This document shows positions 1 through 11,100 of a stretch of 64,000 nt of DNA, in pieces. Each line of letters begins with the position of its first letter. Positions within the stretch are counted from its first letter, which is position 1. The stretch covers positions 512,001 to 576,000 of the forward strand of contig OY762007.1 in the NCBI GenBank assembly GCA_963665115.1, read 5' to 3'. Under the pieces are notes generated by a model, which saw nothing but the letters and a program-made list of their open reading frames with translations, made no database searches and was not told where the DNA came from. The position numbers and the translations under genes are program-made. Source of the DNA: an uncultured Rivularia sp. (GTDB lineage: Bacteria; Cyanobacteriota; Cyanobacteriia; Cyanobacteriales; Nostocaceae).

Positions 1-227
1 ATCAGAGGTATATTCGGTTCTATTACTTCTTTAATATATCTTTCTATCGTCTGACGTTTTTTAGATTCTGGAAGACGGTAACAACCAAAAAGTAATTCAT
101 GATAGACAATGCTAGTTGTGACAACTTCACTTTCATGTTGCCGCAACATTTCCATTATATTTGGATTAGGAATTGGTCGTAATGGTTCAGAAATAATATT
201 AGTATCTAGTAGAAACTGCCAACTCAC
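1..227 (-). CDS. vapC: PIN-domain toxin (VapC family), 3' end runs off the window
   Basis: Manual translation from GTG at 227, which overlaps the upstream TGA: MSWQFLLDTNIISEPLRPIPNPNIMEMLRQHESEVVTTSIVYHELLFG. Shows the PIN LLDTN..SE and ..EL..G motifs. Not in the ORF track. Confidence 0.85.
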   Translation of the reverse strand, partial: MSWQFLLDTNIISEPLRPIPNPNIMEMLRQHESEVVTTSIVYHELLFGCYRLPESKKRQTIERYIKEVIEPNIPL

Positions 228-472
228 CAAATTACCTCTCTTCCGGGTGAATCATCTCGTACATCAGCAAAAAGTTCTGGTTCAATTCCTGCTGTTTCTA
301 AATCTTCTTCCTGGCGGAATTTTTGTAGATTATCCCAAAATTTCGCTTTACTGTTGACTATTTGTGTAGACTCTTCATAAGTCGTATAAATTATAATTTC
401 TTGTCCATCTGGAATATCTATTTCCTGAGATATTTCTATAGTTTTTCCACGTTTGATGCCTTTAATTTTCAT
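224..472 (-). CDS. Putative antitoxin of a VapBC-type pair
   Basis: 82 aa, acidic C-terminus, translationally coupled (GTGA overlap) to the PIN gene. Confidence 0.7.
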   Translation of the reverse strand: MKIKGIKRGKTIEISQEIDIPDGQEIIIYTTYEESTQIVNSKAKFWDNLQKFRQEEDLETAGIEPELFADVRDDSPGREVIW

Positions 473-590
473 TGGTTTTAGATATTATATTTTTAATTGC
501 GCTTACATTTTAAATTTTATCTTTTTTTCCATTATCTGAAATTACACTTTTTTAGTCTTATTTATCTTGCTGGTTGGATTTCTAATTGCT

Positions 591-617
591 GGAGACGTAG
601 CACTGCTACGTCTCTAC
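591..617. repeat. REP-like palindrome GAGACGTAGCACTGCTACGTCTC(TAC)
   Basis: Perfect hairpin; sibling at 33261..33287 (GAGACGTTATATATAACGTCTCTAC). Confidence 0.75.
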
Positions 618-625
618 ATACAAAA

Positions 626-2872
626 TTATGATGCAGATAAGATTGCGATCGCACGCAGCAAGCTGAACGCACTTTCCCAATTAACTACCCGATTTTCCAA
701 TTTCCCATAAAATAAGCTTTTCACAATTTCTATCTCTTTCTTCGTCAATTCCTTCTCAAGATGATTTAGATAACTCGGACGTGTTTTGTTATCGGAAGCT
801 GTAAACCAACGATTTAATAAATTCTGTGTCAGATAAAGTTGAGTTGAATTTTTCTGTTGAGTTATATCTACCTGTAAACCTGCTTGAATAAAGATTTTTT
901 CTAAATCATCTATATCCCAATTCACCATCGCATCGTCTGGATTACTATATATAGCCTCTTCTGCTGCAACTAATTTATTAAATAACTTTTCCGATAACCA
1001 AGTTTTATCCAACAGGTTATACAATCTTTGATTACGACGAGGTATAGTTTCCCCCAGGATAATCATTCCGTTTTTATTCAACCGTTTTACTAAATCCAAA
1101 ATATTTTTTAATTTATCAACTTCTTTCCCTAAAGCGTTTCTTCCGATAATCCGATCAAATTTAATTTCTGTGGGTATTTTCGTTAACGAAGGATGAATTA
1201 CAATCGGACGTGTTAATTCTGGAAGTATATTACTTTGCTCTATCAAAGCTTCTGCATCTTTTTGATTTTTCACCCAACTATAAACACCACCTTCGGGAAC
1301 TCTTCTTACTGCTTCCCAAGTTAATAATCCACTTTTGGCGTTCAAATCTAAAATTAAATGATGACGTTGAGGATTCGCTATCTCAAATAAATTGTCTCGG
1401 ATTAAAGCAAAATTTTCCCCAACTTCTCCTAATGTTCTTTGCAACCAATTATCTGTAACTCTATCTTTCTCGCCATAACTCAATATTTCTACCGATTCAA
1501 TTCCTAATCCTTCAACCATCGCTGCTAATTGAGCTTCCCTTCTCCTTTCAACTTGAATTTTAATTAATGCTTCCTCACCAACATCGGAAGGTTGATAAAA
1601 AACTTGTCCCTGTAAACTTTGAGGTAAATATTGCTGTTCTACCCAATGGTCGCGATATGCGTGAGGATATAAATAACCAGCACCATGTCCAAAACCTTTG
1701 TTATCTCGATTTGTATCTTTGAGATGATTGGGAATTTCTGCTGATTTCTCTTTCTCTACCGAAGCTAAAGCGTCAAAAAATCCCATGACGCTATTTGATT
1801 TGGGAGCATTCGCTAAATATAAGGTTGCTTGAGCTAAATGATATCTTCCTTCCGGCATTCCTACCCTATCAAAAGCTTGAGCGCAACAATTTACGATTAC
1901 TATGGCTTGGGAATCTGCTAAACCAATATCTTCACTAGCTTGAATTAATAATCTTCTAAATATAAAACGCGGGTCTTCCCCTGCATAAATCATCTTTGCT
2001 AACCAATATAAAGCAGCATCTGGGTCTGAACCGCGAATACTTTTGATATAAGCGCTGATGGTATCGAAGTGAGCGTCTCCTTCTTTGTCGTATAGTACCG
2101 CTCGTTGCTGAATTGATTCTTCTGCTACTTCTAAATTAATTTCAATAATTTTATTTTTATTCTCTTGCGTTGTTTCAACAGCCAATTCCAAAGCATTTAA
2201 TAAAGAGCGAGCATCACCATTAGCAACGTTAACTAAATGGGAAAGAGCATTTTCGTGTATATCAACATTCAAATTACCAAAACCGCGATCGCAATCTTTG
2301 AGTGCTTGAAAGCCAATTGCTCGCAAATCCTTTTCTTCCAACTGCTTGAGTTGAAAAATTCGCGAACGACTTACCAAAGCCTTATTAACTTCAAAGTAAG
2401 GATTTTCGGTAGTTGCACCAATTAAAATTACCGTTCCATTCTCCACATGAGGTAATAAAGCATCTTGTTGAGATTTATTGAAACGGTGAACTTCATCGAC
2501 AAATAAAATAGTTTTTCGATTGTAATATTTTCTTTCATCGGTTGCTGTAGATATGGCATCGCGAATATCTTTAACTCCAGCAAGTACGGCATTAATGGCA
2601 ATAAAATGCGCTTTAGTAGTATTAGCAATGATGCGAGCTAAAGTTGTTTTACCAGTACCGGGAGGGCCAAAAAATATTAACGAAGATAATTGATCTGCCG
2701 AAATTGCCCGACGAAGTAAACGTCCAGGTGCAATTATATGCTCTTGTCCGATAAATTCATCAAGAGTTCGCGGACGCATTCTTGCAGCTAAAGGTGCTTG
2801 TTGGGAGATTTGGTTTTGGTAGTTTTGCTCGAATAGATCCAATTTAGGAGAGAGGGGGGTAGAAAATTCCAC
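626..2872 (-). CDS. rarA: Replication-associated recombination protein RarA/MgsA (AAA+ ATPase) with C-terminal methyltransferase-like extension
   Basis: [51 protein letters not shown] motifs. Confidence 0.93.
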   Translation of the reverse strand: MEFSTPLSPKLDLFEQNYQNQISQQAPLAARMRPRTLDEFIGQEHIIAPGRLLRRAISADQLSSLIFFGPPGTGKTTLARIIANTTKAHFIAINAVLAGVKDIRDAISTATDERKYYNRKTILFVDEVHRFNKSQQDALLPHVENGTVILIGATTENPYFEVNKALVSRSRIFQLKQLEEKDLRAIGFQALKDCDRGFGNLNVDIHENALSHLVNVANGDARSLLNALELAVETTQENKNKIIEINLEVAEESIQQRAVLYDKEGDAHFDTISAYIKSIRGSDPDAALYWLAKMIYAGEDPRFIFRRLLIQASEDIGLADSQAIVIVNCCAQAFDRVGMPEGRYHLAQATLYLANAPKSNSVMGFFDALASVEKEKSAEIPNHLKDTNRDNKGFGHGAGYLYPHAYRDHWVEQQYLPQSLQGQVFYQPSDVGEEALIKIQVERRREAQLAAMVEGLGIESVEILSYGEKDRVTDNWLQRTLGEVGENFALIRDNLFEIANPQRHHLILDLNAKSGLLTWEAVRRVPEGGVYSWVKNQKDAEALIEQSNILPELTRPIVIHPSLTKIPTEIKFDRIIGRNALGKEVDKLKNILDLVKRLNKNGMIILGETIPRRNQRLYNLLDKTWLSEKLFNKLVAAEEAIYSNPDDAMVNWDIDDLEKIFIQAGLQVDITQQKNSTQLYLTQNLLNRWFTASDNKTRPSYLNHLEKELTKKEIEIVKSLFYGKLENRVVNWESAFSLLRAIAILSAS

Positions 2873-2987
2873 TTATAAAATGATTTTAGATTTATTTATC
2901 TCTGGTTAACGTTAAAATTTTTGACTTTTCTTCGCCGTGATTCCCTTTGAGAATAAACTATTTTTTAATCGCAATAGTTTTTTTGTC

Positions 2988-3458
2988 ATGTATGTAGGTA
3001 CTACCGAAGCAGCAGAAATTTTAGATATCACAACTTCCAGAATTCGTTATTTGCTTTCCCAAGGTAGAGTGAAGGGAGCTTATAAATCTGGAAAGAATTG
3101 GATAATTCCCTTATTTAACAGAATGCCCATTATTTCTCGGGGTAAACGAGGTCCCAAACCTAAATGGCGCAGACGAATTCCCCCAAAAACTACAATTAAC
3201 GTAAATAGAAACGAAATTAGAGATAACAAAAATCGGGACATTCCAGAGCCTGTAATTTCTGTGAAGCGCTACGACAGTAACACTTATGGTTTCTCAGCCA
3301 AAATTAATGGTCCTTGTGAAATTATTTATCAACCTGAAAATCCTTTAGATTGCAAAGGCGTACTGTGGATTGAAACTTTTGCATCGGTGGGAGTGAAGCG
3401 TAAGAAATCTAAGAAAACTGGGGAAAAAGAAGATATTTTTATGGTTAATGCAGCATAA
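2988..3458 (+). CDS. Helix-turn-helix (excisionase-like) DNA-binding protein
   Basis: N-terminal VGTTEAAEILDITTSRIRYLLSQGRVKGAYK..W.IP; ATG 2988 preferred over GTG 2937. Confidence 0.7.
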   Translation: MYVGTTEAAEILDITTSRIRYLLSQGRVKGAYKSGKNWIIPLFNRMPIISRGKRGPKPKWRRRIPPKTTINVNRNEIRDNKNRDIPEPVISVKRYDSNTYGFSAKINGPCEIIYQPENPLDCKGVLWIETFASVGVKRKKSKKTGEKEDIFMVNAA

Positions 3459-3572
3459 TAATGATTTTTCACGAAAACTATTTTAAGTAGAAATTTCCCC
3501 TTCTACCGATAATCTAATGCAGGGCAATCGCCGATTGGTAGGTCTTCGATTTCAACATCTTGGATATCAAAA

Positions 3573-4535
3573 ATGAAGCCATCGAATACCGAAATTCTCA
3601 AACAGCTTAATGAAATTACTAAAAACCTTCTATTTAGTAGCGAGACTACTTCTGGGTTTGAGCCATTTTTATGGGAAACAAACGAACATGGAGTTTTGAA
3701 CTTAGAAAATTTCCTTCAATCCGAAGGATTTTTATTCCCATTTGAACCAAATAATTTTTTAGAGTTTGTTTCTTCCGAAGCTAGCTGGAGTCCTTGGGGT
3801 AGCTCTACACCCTCGGAAGTTGCGATAAAGATGAATCTTAAGTACACAGAAATAATTGATTTTTTTTGTTCTCATCTGAAGACGCTATCTGTTTATCTAG
3901 TAAGCAACTTAGGTGAAAAAGATTCTACAGTCCGTAAAAAAGCATTTAAAAAATCCTTATTTGGAAATCCAGAACATTACTTATTGCCAGTAGATGAAAT
4001 CCACGAACCTTATATAAGGGGAGAAATCTGTATCGAACAGGAAGCATTCCATATAGTTATTGGGGAAACTTTTGATGGAGAATGGTTGGGTATTACTCCT
4101 AAAATGTATCGTGCTAATGGTAGAAGAGGTGGAGAAAGATTTGTACTAGATAAAGCTTCTGTCAACGAAAATACAATTGATTTGAAACTAAGTTTGGAAG
4201 CAATGGCTTTGGAATTAGAATTTTCCGTAGTTGAATTCCTAGCTTTTTACAGGAAGAACGAAGCTGTTGTAGAAGTTGGCTGTATAAAAGAAGAGTTACT
4301 TTATAGATTGCTCGGTTCTATGGGATTTTTTAGAGCATTTACTTTTGAGGATTATTGCAATGAAGACTGTACTAACCCATCCGAGTTCCGTTTGTTGGAT
4401 GAATTTCTTAGGTCAAATCTGAATAACTTACAAGAATATATAGTAGGTTCAACTGCAAGATATTTTATTTACAGTATTGGTCATACAGAAGAAAAAGATG
4501 TGTTGGGTATCTCAACATTAGCTAATTGGACTTGA
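3573..4535 (+). CDS. Nuclease A inhibitor (NuiA)-like protein, apparently two domains
   Basis: N-terminus EILKQL...LLFSSE...FEPFLW and C-terminus NL.NLQ.Y.VG...IYSIG.T...VLGIST resemble Anabaena NuiA. Confidence 0.65.
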   Translation: MKPSNTEILKQLNEITKNLLFSSETTSGFEPFLWETNEHGVLNLENFLQSEGFLFPFEPNNFLEFVSSEASWSPWGSSTPSEVAIKMNLKYTEIIDFFCSHLKTLSVYLVSNLGEKDSTVRKKAFKKSLFGNPEHYLLPVDEIHEPYIRGEICIEQEAFHIVIGETFDGEWLGITPKMYRANGRRGGERFVLDKASVNENTIDLKLSLEAMALELEFSVVEFLAFYRKNEAVVEVGCIKEELLYRLLGSMGFFRAFTFEDYCNEDCTNPSEFRLLDEFLRSNLNNLQEYIVGSTARYFIYSIGHTEEKDVLGISTLANWT

Positions 4536-4583
4536 AGATAAATTAGGATATGGCGATCGCCCACTATAATAATTTCCTATTTA

Positions 4584-5702
4584 TCAAACATTTTCAATCA
4601 ATTCAAAGTCATATTTACCAACAGAGCGTCCGTTAACTACAATTTCAATACTGTGAAATCCGGGATAATAAGTTCTTGTGGATAGCTGTTTAAATTTATG
4701 TTTACCAGATAAAGCAATTTTTTCACCTAGTGGCAATTCTATTTGTCTTAACTTAAAAACTTTTTTTGATATTCTCCCATTGGCTAATACTCGATGCAGT
4801 ACGTAATCTACAACAAGATGCACGTTTTTAGATTCTTCAGAAACAAGATTAAAAGAAAAATTCAATTCGTCACCAATATTTACTACCAAAGGTTGAAATT
4901 GAAAGTTCTTAACTCCAATATTGTCACCACCAACAAAACCTAAAATAGATAAAACTTGTTTATTCCCTTGCTTAACTAAAGTCCTCAATCCATGACGAAC
5001 AGTCCATTGAGCAATTTCATCTCCAGAATCCCACCAGTGTTGTGCTGTTGTCACTACTAAATCTGGATTATCTTTAGCAATATCATTTAAATTATTAGCA
5101 ACAGAACGACGAACAATTAGATTCGGGTCATTATGTAGTTGGTTTAATATGCGAATAATAAAAGATGGGTTTTCGATAAATGGTTTTAACTGTATACTCC
5201 AAGGTAATCTAGCTCTACTTCCTTCTGAAGCAAGTCGTCTGACACGCCAATCCCGATGAGATGTCCATTTAATAAGACGCGGTAAAGTTGTATCTGGGTA
5301 TCTTAAAATAAAAGGACGAATTGCAAATTCCGCGCTGAAGTGAAGCGTCATTTTTTCCAGCGAATTGAGTGCAATATCTGGATTATCTAAACCACAAGCA
5401 GCAACAAAATCAAGAAAAGGCATAAAACGAAATCCGTAATAACCTGTCTTACCTCCAGAATTATCATCTTTCCCCATCGCTGCAATAAGAATATTTACTG
5501 CTTGCTCAAATTCCGCAGGTAAATATGATGTCAGAGCAGTACATATTTGTGTAGAGCGTTGCTTTAATTCTAAATTATCAAGATTTTGATTAGCATCTTG
5601 CTCAAAAGCAACTTTGTCAAATGGCGGAAAAACTTTCTTAATCCTTTGTGCTAAATCAGTGATAACTTCTTGATTGAAAATCGTTTTTACCTGATTAGAC
5701 AT
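4584..5702 (-). CDS. DNA alkylation repair protein (AlkC/AlkD-like HEAT repeat)
   Basis: SAEFAIRPF, VRRLASEGSR.RLPW, VRRSVANNLNDIAKD.P, KVFKL, TR.YYPG.H motifs. Confidence 0.85.
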   Translation of the reverse strand: MSNQVKTIFNQEVITDLAQRIKKVFPPFDKVAFEQDANQNLDNLELKQRSTQICTALTSYLPAEFEQAVNILIAAMGKDDNSGGKTGYYGFRFMPFLDFVAACGLDNPDIALNSLEKMTLHFSAEFAIRPFILRYPDTTLPRLIKWTSHRDWRVRRLASEGSRARLPWSIQLKPFIENPSFIIRILNQLHNDPNLIVRRSVANNLNDIAKDNPDLVVTTAQHWWDSGDEIAQWTVRHGLRTLVKQGNKQVLSILGFVGGDNIGVKNFQFQPLVVNIGDELNFSFNLVSEESKNVHLVVDYVLHRVLANGRISKKVFKLRQIELPLGEKIALSGKHKFKQLSTRTYYPGFHSIEIVVNGRSVGKYDFELIENV

Positions 5703-5723
5703 CTGGACATTTAAATATTTTCC

Positions 5724-6062
5724 CTAAACTTCTTGCTTATCCTTTCCTGTCAACTGTTTAATCACCAACTGTACCGCTAAAGCTAATAAGCCGACTCCAA
5801 CTATCCCAAATATTCCGGTACCCAAAGCAACTACCCCTACAACCAAAGTTCTTACCGCTGAGGAAATACTGACTACCATCGGATTATCTGAAGTGACTGG
5901 TTTATTTGCGAAAGTCGTCGCGATCGAAACCATTAATTTGTACATCGCAAACCCCAATCCTCCACACATTGTTGCTCCGATTATGCAACGTAGGGGAGTT
6001 GGTTGATTTTCAATTTGATTTTCTTCTTGCTCGGTTGTTTCGGTGATTTTTTCTTCTGCCAT
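5724..6062 (-). CDS. Conserved cyanobacterial membrane protein (DUF3082-like)
   Basis: PTPLRC, two hydrophobic segments, AVRTLV.G. Confidence 0.7.
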   Translation of the reverse strand: MAEEKITETTEQEENQIENQPTPLRCIIGATMCGGLGFAMYKLMVSIATTFANKPVTSDNPMVVSISSAVRTLVVGVVALGTGIFGIVGVGLLALAVQLVIKQLTGKDKQEV

Positions 6063-6166
6063 GATTTTGAAAAGGGAGTAGGGAGGGGAAAGAGGGGAAA
6101 GAGAGGAAAGAGGGGGGAGATGGGGAAGGAGTTATTACATATGCAGACCTTTTTACCAATTAACAA

Positions 6167-7111
6167 TTAATTTACCACCTGAATCCCATGAGTTATCAAC
6201 TTGGTGACGAATAATTCTAAATCTGGATCGGGAATTTCGTTTCTCATACTCAACTTTACTTCTTCTGCTTTCTCCTTAGATTCGCATAAAGCAAATACAC
6301 TTGGGCCACTACCTGACATCATTGTTCCTAAAATGTCGTATTTTGCAAAGCTTTCTTTCAACTTTAATACTTGGGGATACTCCGGTAACACTACCTTTTC
6401 TAAATCGTTACGCATTTTCTGTGCTATCTCTTTCACATCTTGATGCAGAATTGCTTTAACTATTTCTCCCGAATGTACCGTACTCGCACGCGCTGCTAAA
6501 CTTTCTTTATCCTTAATATAGCTATCGCCAAACTCGGAGCGATAGCTATTGTAAGCCCAAGGTGTGGAAACTGATAAACTGCGATGTTTCGCCAATACTA
6601 TATATATGTCTCCTAAATCCGATAAAGAAGAAACTACTTCACCTCGACGAGTTGCGATCGCAGTTCCTCCTGCAATACAAAATGCTACATCAGAACCAAT
6701 TTTTGCTGCTAATTCTTCTAGTTCTAACTTAGTCAATCCTAATTTCCACAATAAATCTATCCCTACTAATACTGCTGCTGCGTCTGTGGAGCCTCCTGCT
6801 AAACCGGCAGCTACGGGAATGCGTTTGTGAAGGGTTATATCCACACCCCCATAAGTTGCAAAGCTATCGGGAAATTCGCTAACCATTAAATCGGCTGCAC
6901 GATAAGCTAAGTTACTTTTATCTACGGGAACTTGCTTATTATCGCATCGCAATCGAATCAACTCTATACCGTTTGCTTCTAAGTCGATTTGATCTGCAAG
7001 CTCTATACTTTGCAGTATCATAGCTAACTCATGATAACCATCAGGGCGATCGCCAATGATTTCCAAATATAAGTTAATTTTGGCTGGAGCAATTAAGGTG
7101 TAGCTACGCAT
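6167..7111 (-). CDS. ispE: 4-diphosphocytidyl-2-C-methyl-D-erythritol kinase
   Basis: APAKINLYL, IPVAAGLAGGSTDAAA, GSDV.F, MSGSGPSVF. Confidence 0.96.
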   Translation of the reverse strand: MRSYTLIAPAKINLYLEIIGDRPDGYHELAMILQSIELADQIDLEANGIELIRLRCDNKQVPVDKSNLAYRAADLMVSEFPDSFATYGGVDITLHKRIPVAAGLAGGSTDAAAVLVGIDLLWKLGLTKLELEELAAKIGSDVAFCIAGGTAIATRRGEVVSSLSDLGDIYIVLAKHRSLSVSTPWAYNSYRSEFGDSYIKDKESLAARASTVHSGEIVKAILHQDVKEIAQKMRNDLEKVVLPEYPQVLKLKESFAKYDILGTMMSGSGPSVFALCESKEKAEEVKLSMRNEIPDPDLELFVTKLITHGIQVVN

Positions 7112-7922
7112 CTTGATTTTCTAGTTCGTTAGCTAAGTTTACCCACTGCATGACGCTCAATTCTTCGGCGCGAGCTTGAGGGTTGACGCTTAACTTTTCC
7201 AATAATTGTGTCAGATTATCGCGTTCTATTATTGATTGCAAATTATTTCGTAACATTTTACGTTTTGCACTAAATCCCACTTTTACCAAGGTTTCTAATC
7301 TCTGGGGATTTTTAGCTACTACTTCCCTTTCTCGCGGCATTAATCTGATGACAGCAGAATCAACTTTTGGTGGTGGATAAAAAGCCTTTGCGGGAACGGT
7401 ACAAATCATCTCGCAATCTGCTAGGTATTGTACTCTTACCGATAAGGCTCCAAAACTCGTTCTTCCGGGTTTAGCTACAATTCTTTCTGCTACTTCTTTC
7501 TGTACTAATAATACGATTGAATCATAAGGCTGTAGATTTGGACTCCCAATCTTCCCTAACAACTTTTCGATAATAGGACCAGTTATATTATAAGGAATAT
7601 TCGCTACTACTTTATTTTGATTTTGGTACTGAGGAAAATCTTTAACTAAAGCTGTTAAATCAGAAGTTAAAAAATCCTCATTCAACAGCAAAAAATTTTC
7701 TTTATCTCCCAATTTTTGAACTAATAACTTACATAAATCTCTGTCAACCTCTACAGCTAATAAAGAATTTACTTTCTCTAATAGCTGCCTTGTTAATACT
7801 CCTTTCCCCGGCCCAATTTCTAAAACTCTGTCTGTATCTTTTAATTCTGCTGCTTTAATAATGCTATTCAAAGCCTTGTCACTCTGTAACCAATGCTGAG
7901 CAAGGTGCCTGCGCGGTTTCAT
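7104..7922 (-). CDS. rsmA: 16S rRNA m6,2A dimethyltransferase (KsgA)
   Basis: QHWL, LEIGPGKG, NIPYNIT, QKEVAER, F.PPPKVDS. Confidence 0.96.
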   Translation of the reverse strand: MKPRRHLAQHWLQSDKALNSIIKAAELKDTDRVLEIGPGKGVLTRQLLEKVNSLLAVEVDRDLCKLLVQKLGDKENFLLLNEDFLTSDLTALVKDFPQYQNQNKVVANIPYNITGPIIEKLLGKIGSPNLQPYDSIVLLVQKEVAERIVAKPGRTSFGALSVRVQYLADCEMICTVPAKAFYPPPKVDSAVIRLMPREREVVAKNPQRLETLVKVGFSAKRKMLRNNLQSIIERDNLTQLLEKLSVNPQARAEELSVMQWVNLANELENQDA

Positions 7923-8134
7923 TCTCTATATCTCCCTTCTGTTATTCGTTTTGCTGTATCTATTATTTCTATATTCTTACTTTTATCTTACTTCCAACCT
8001 TCTCTTTTGTAGTAATGCAGTACTAACAAAATTGTATTTAAGTACTTTTATCCAATTCTTAGATAACTAACGTCCCATAAAAGCGGAACTAATGTACTAG
8101 AGTTAGAGATAAGAGAAATTACTTGATTTACAAC

Positions 8135-11100
8135 TTAATTATCAGTTTGAACAACGGGGATTTCGATGATAAATTCAGTTCCTTCTCCTGGGGTAGATTT
8201 ACATGATAAATTGCCACCATGTTTATTTACCACAATTTGATAGCTAATTGATAGACCCAAGCCAGTACCTTTTCCAACTTCTTTAGTAGTGAAGAATGGA
8301 TCGAATAGTTTGGATTGAATTTCGGGAGAAATTCCAGAACCGTTATCAGAAAGATGAATTGAGATTAGATTACGATCGAGAAGTTTAGTATGAATTTGAA
8401 TTTGAGGGGTAGAAAGAGATTTTTGCGATTCAAGAGCATCAATAGCGTTTGCGAGAATATTCATCAGCACCTGATTTAGCTGACTTGGGAAACAATCAAC
8501 TAGGGGAAGAGAAGCATATTGTTTTACGATTTCAATTTCGGGGAAGTTGGGTTTTGCTTTGAGACGATTTTGGAGAATCATCAAGGTAGAATCAATCCCT
8601 TGGTGAATATCTACGGGTTTAAATTGAGCTTCGTCGAGACGGGAGAAGTTACGTAGGGATAAGACAATTTCTCGGATACGTTGAGTGCCTTGTTTCATTG
8701 AATTGAGCATTTTGATGAAATCTTCTTTGAGGAATTCTAATTCAACGGTTTCAATTTCCTCTTGAATATCTTCAGGGGGATTGGGGTAATGTTGTTGGTA
8801 GAGTTCGAGTACTTTAAGTAAATCTAGAGCGTATTGAGTTGCCGGAGTTATATTTCCGTGGATGAAATTAACGGGATTATTGATTTCGTGAGCAACACCC
8901 GCTACCATTTGACCCAAAGAAGACATTTTTTCACTTTGAATAAGTTGAGCTTGGGTAGTTTTGAGTTTGTCTAGGGTATTTTGTAATTCAATTTCAGCTA
9001 GTTTACGTTCGGTTATATCTGTAGCAACACCAAGAATTTGCGTTACTTTACCATCTTGGTTACGAGTGAAGACGGTATCTCGGCCGTAAAGCCAACGGTA
9101 TTCACCATTAACTTGTTTGACTCGATATTCCGACTCATTAATTTCACCATCTTCACAAACAGCAGTTTCTTGGAAACTGGATACTACTTTTTCTAAATCT
9201 TCTGGATGAAGAGTATTAGCAAGAAGGTTGTTTCCCATCTCTTTAATTTCTTGACGAGAGTAACCGAGAATTGCAGCGATTTCGTGATTCGTGTAAACAT
9301 TTTGCTGTTTTTCTAAATCATAAATATAGATAGTGCTGGGAGAAGAATCTGTAATTCGCTCAATAAAATGTTGTTTCTCTTGAATTTCCGCTTCAACTTT
9401 TTTTCGTTCGCTGATATCGCGGACGTTGGCTAAAATGATATCTTTAGAATTAAGGGTAACTTTACGTAAAAATACTTCTACATCAAAAGTATAATTATCG
9501 TGAGGTCGTTTCGCTTTCCACTCGAATAACTGACCATCCTCATTCATTACCTTTTCAAAAGTTTGAAAAAATTGTTCGTGGGGGTTATCGGAACTTGATA
9601 AATCAACCATAATAGACATTTTTTTAGCTTCCGAGCGACTGATTCCATACATTTGGAGCATTTGCTCGTTAACATCTAAAATATTTCCATCAAGGTCGTG
9701 AATAATTATTGCATCGTAAACACTGTCTAATAGAGTTCGCAGGTTTTGTTCGGAAGAGCGAATAACTTCTTCAGCTTTTTTAAATTGGGTAATTTCAGAA
9801 GTAGTTCCTACCAAACGGTAAATTTTACCCCCAGCATCTTTGAGAGGATTTAGAGTTGTAAACCACCAGCTAAGATTTCCATCAAAGTCTAAACACTCTT
9901 CATAAGTAATAGGAGCTTTTGCTTCCACGCAACTTAGATATCTTTTACGTACTTCTTTAGCTGCAACATTTCCAAAAACTTCTTCAAGAGCTTTACCTTT
10001 AATATCTTCGCTTTTCATACCAGTAGCACGTTCGCAAGCAGTATTCCACCCTTGAAGAACAAAGTCATGATCTTCCAAAATGTCAATGACAAAGATAACG
10101 TGTTCCGAACCATCGTAAACGCTACGTAAAAACTGTTCTTGTTCTCGGGTTTTAGCTTCTACTAATTTTCTTTCGGTGATATCAATTATGCAACCGTCCC
10201 AAAAAATTGAATCATCGGATTGTTGTTCTAATCGAGCAAATCCTTGTAACCACTTTTCCTTCTTAGAAGGGGTAGTAATTCTAAATTCATGCTCCCAATT
10301 GTTCAAAGTTCTAACAGAATTAACAATTGATCGATCGAAACAAGCAACATCATCCGGATGTATCATATTCGTGAGAATACCCGAATTACGGCGAATTTGT
10401 TCGGGCTCTACACCAAAAAGTTCGCGACAACCATCAGAAACATAAGAAAAACGGACATCACCATTATTGTAAAGTCGGTATTGGTAGAGCATACCTGGAA
10501 CATTGGCAGCAAGACGCTTTAGCCTTGTTTCAGTTTCCGCTACAGTATTAGTTTTTTCCTTAACTCGAAGTTCTAAATCTTTGTTTAAACACTTCAGTTC
10601 ATATTCAATTTCATGTTGTGCGATAGGCGAAGCGTCAAGCCTCCAGCTTATCGCACCACCAAGATTTATTGTAAAAGCTTGTAAAATAGACTTTTGTGCA
10701 TCCGACCATTGATGTAAAGTTGTATAGTCTTCAAAACCGATAAAACCCCACCATTTACCTTTTACTTGAATGGGGATTACAAGTATTGAACGACTTCCCT
10801 GGAATTGAGATTTATCTTCAAGACTAATAATTGATTCACCTTGGGAAAGCTGTTCGTACCATAAAGGTGAAAAATCGTTATAAGAAAGATTTTGTAACAA
10901 AGGATAATCTTGTTCCGAATTCACCCCATCTTTCACCCATTCCCAACGCTGACTCAAAAATAATTCCTTCGTTACCTTTGGGGAATGATTTTCAAAAATA
11001 TATATCCTATCTATTGCAGTAGCTTTACCCAACTCAGCCAAAGCTGCATCAATAGACTTATCGTAATCTTGAGTAGTCAACAAGCAACTGGTAGCATTCT

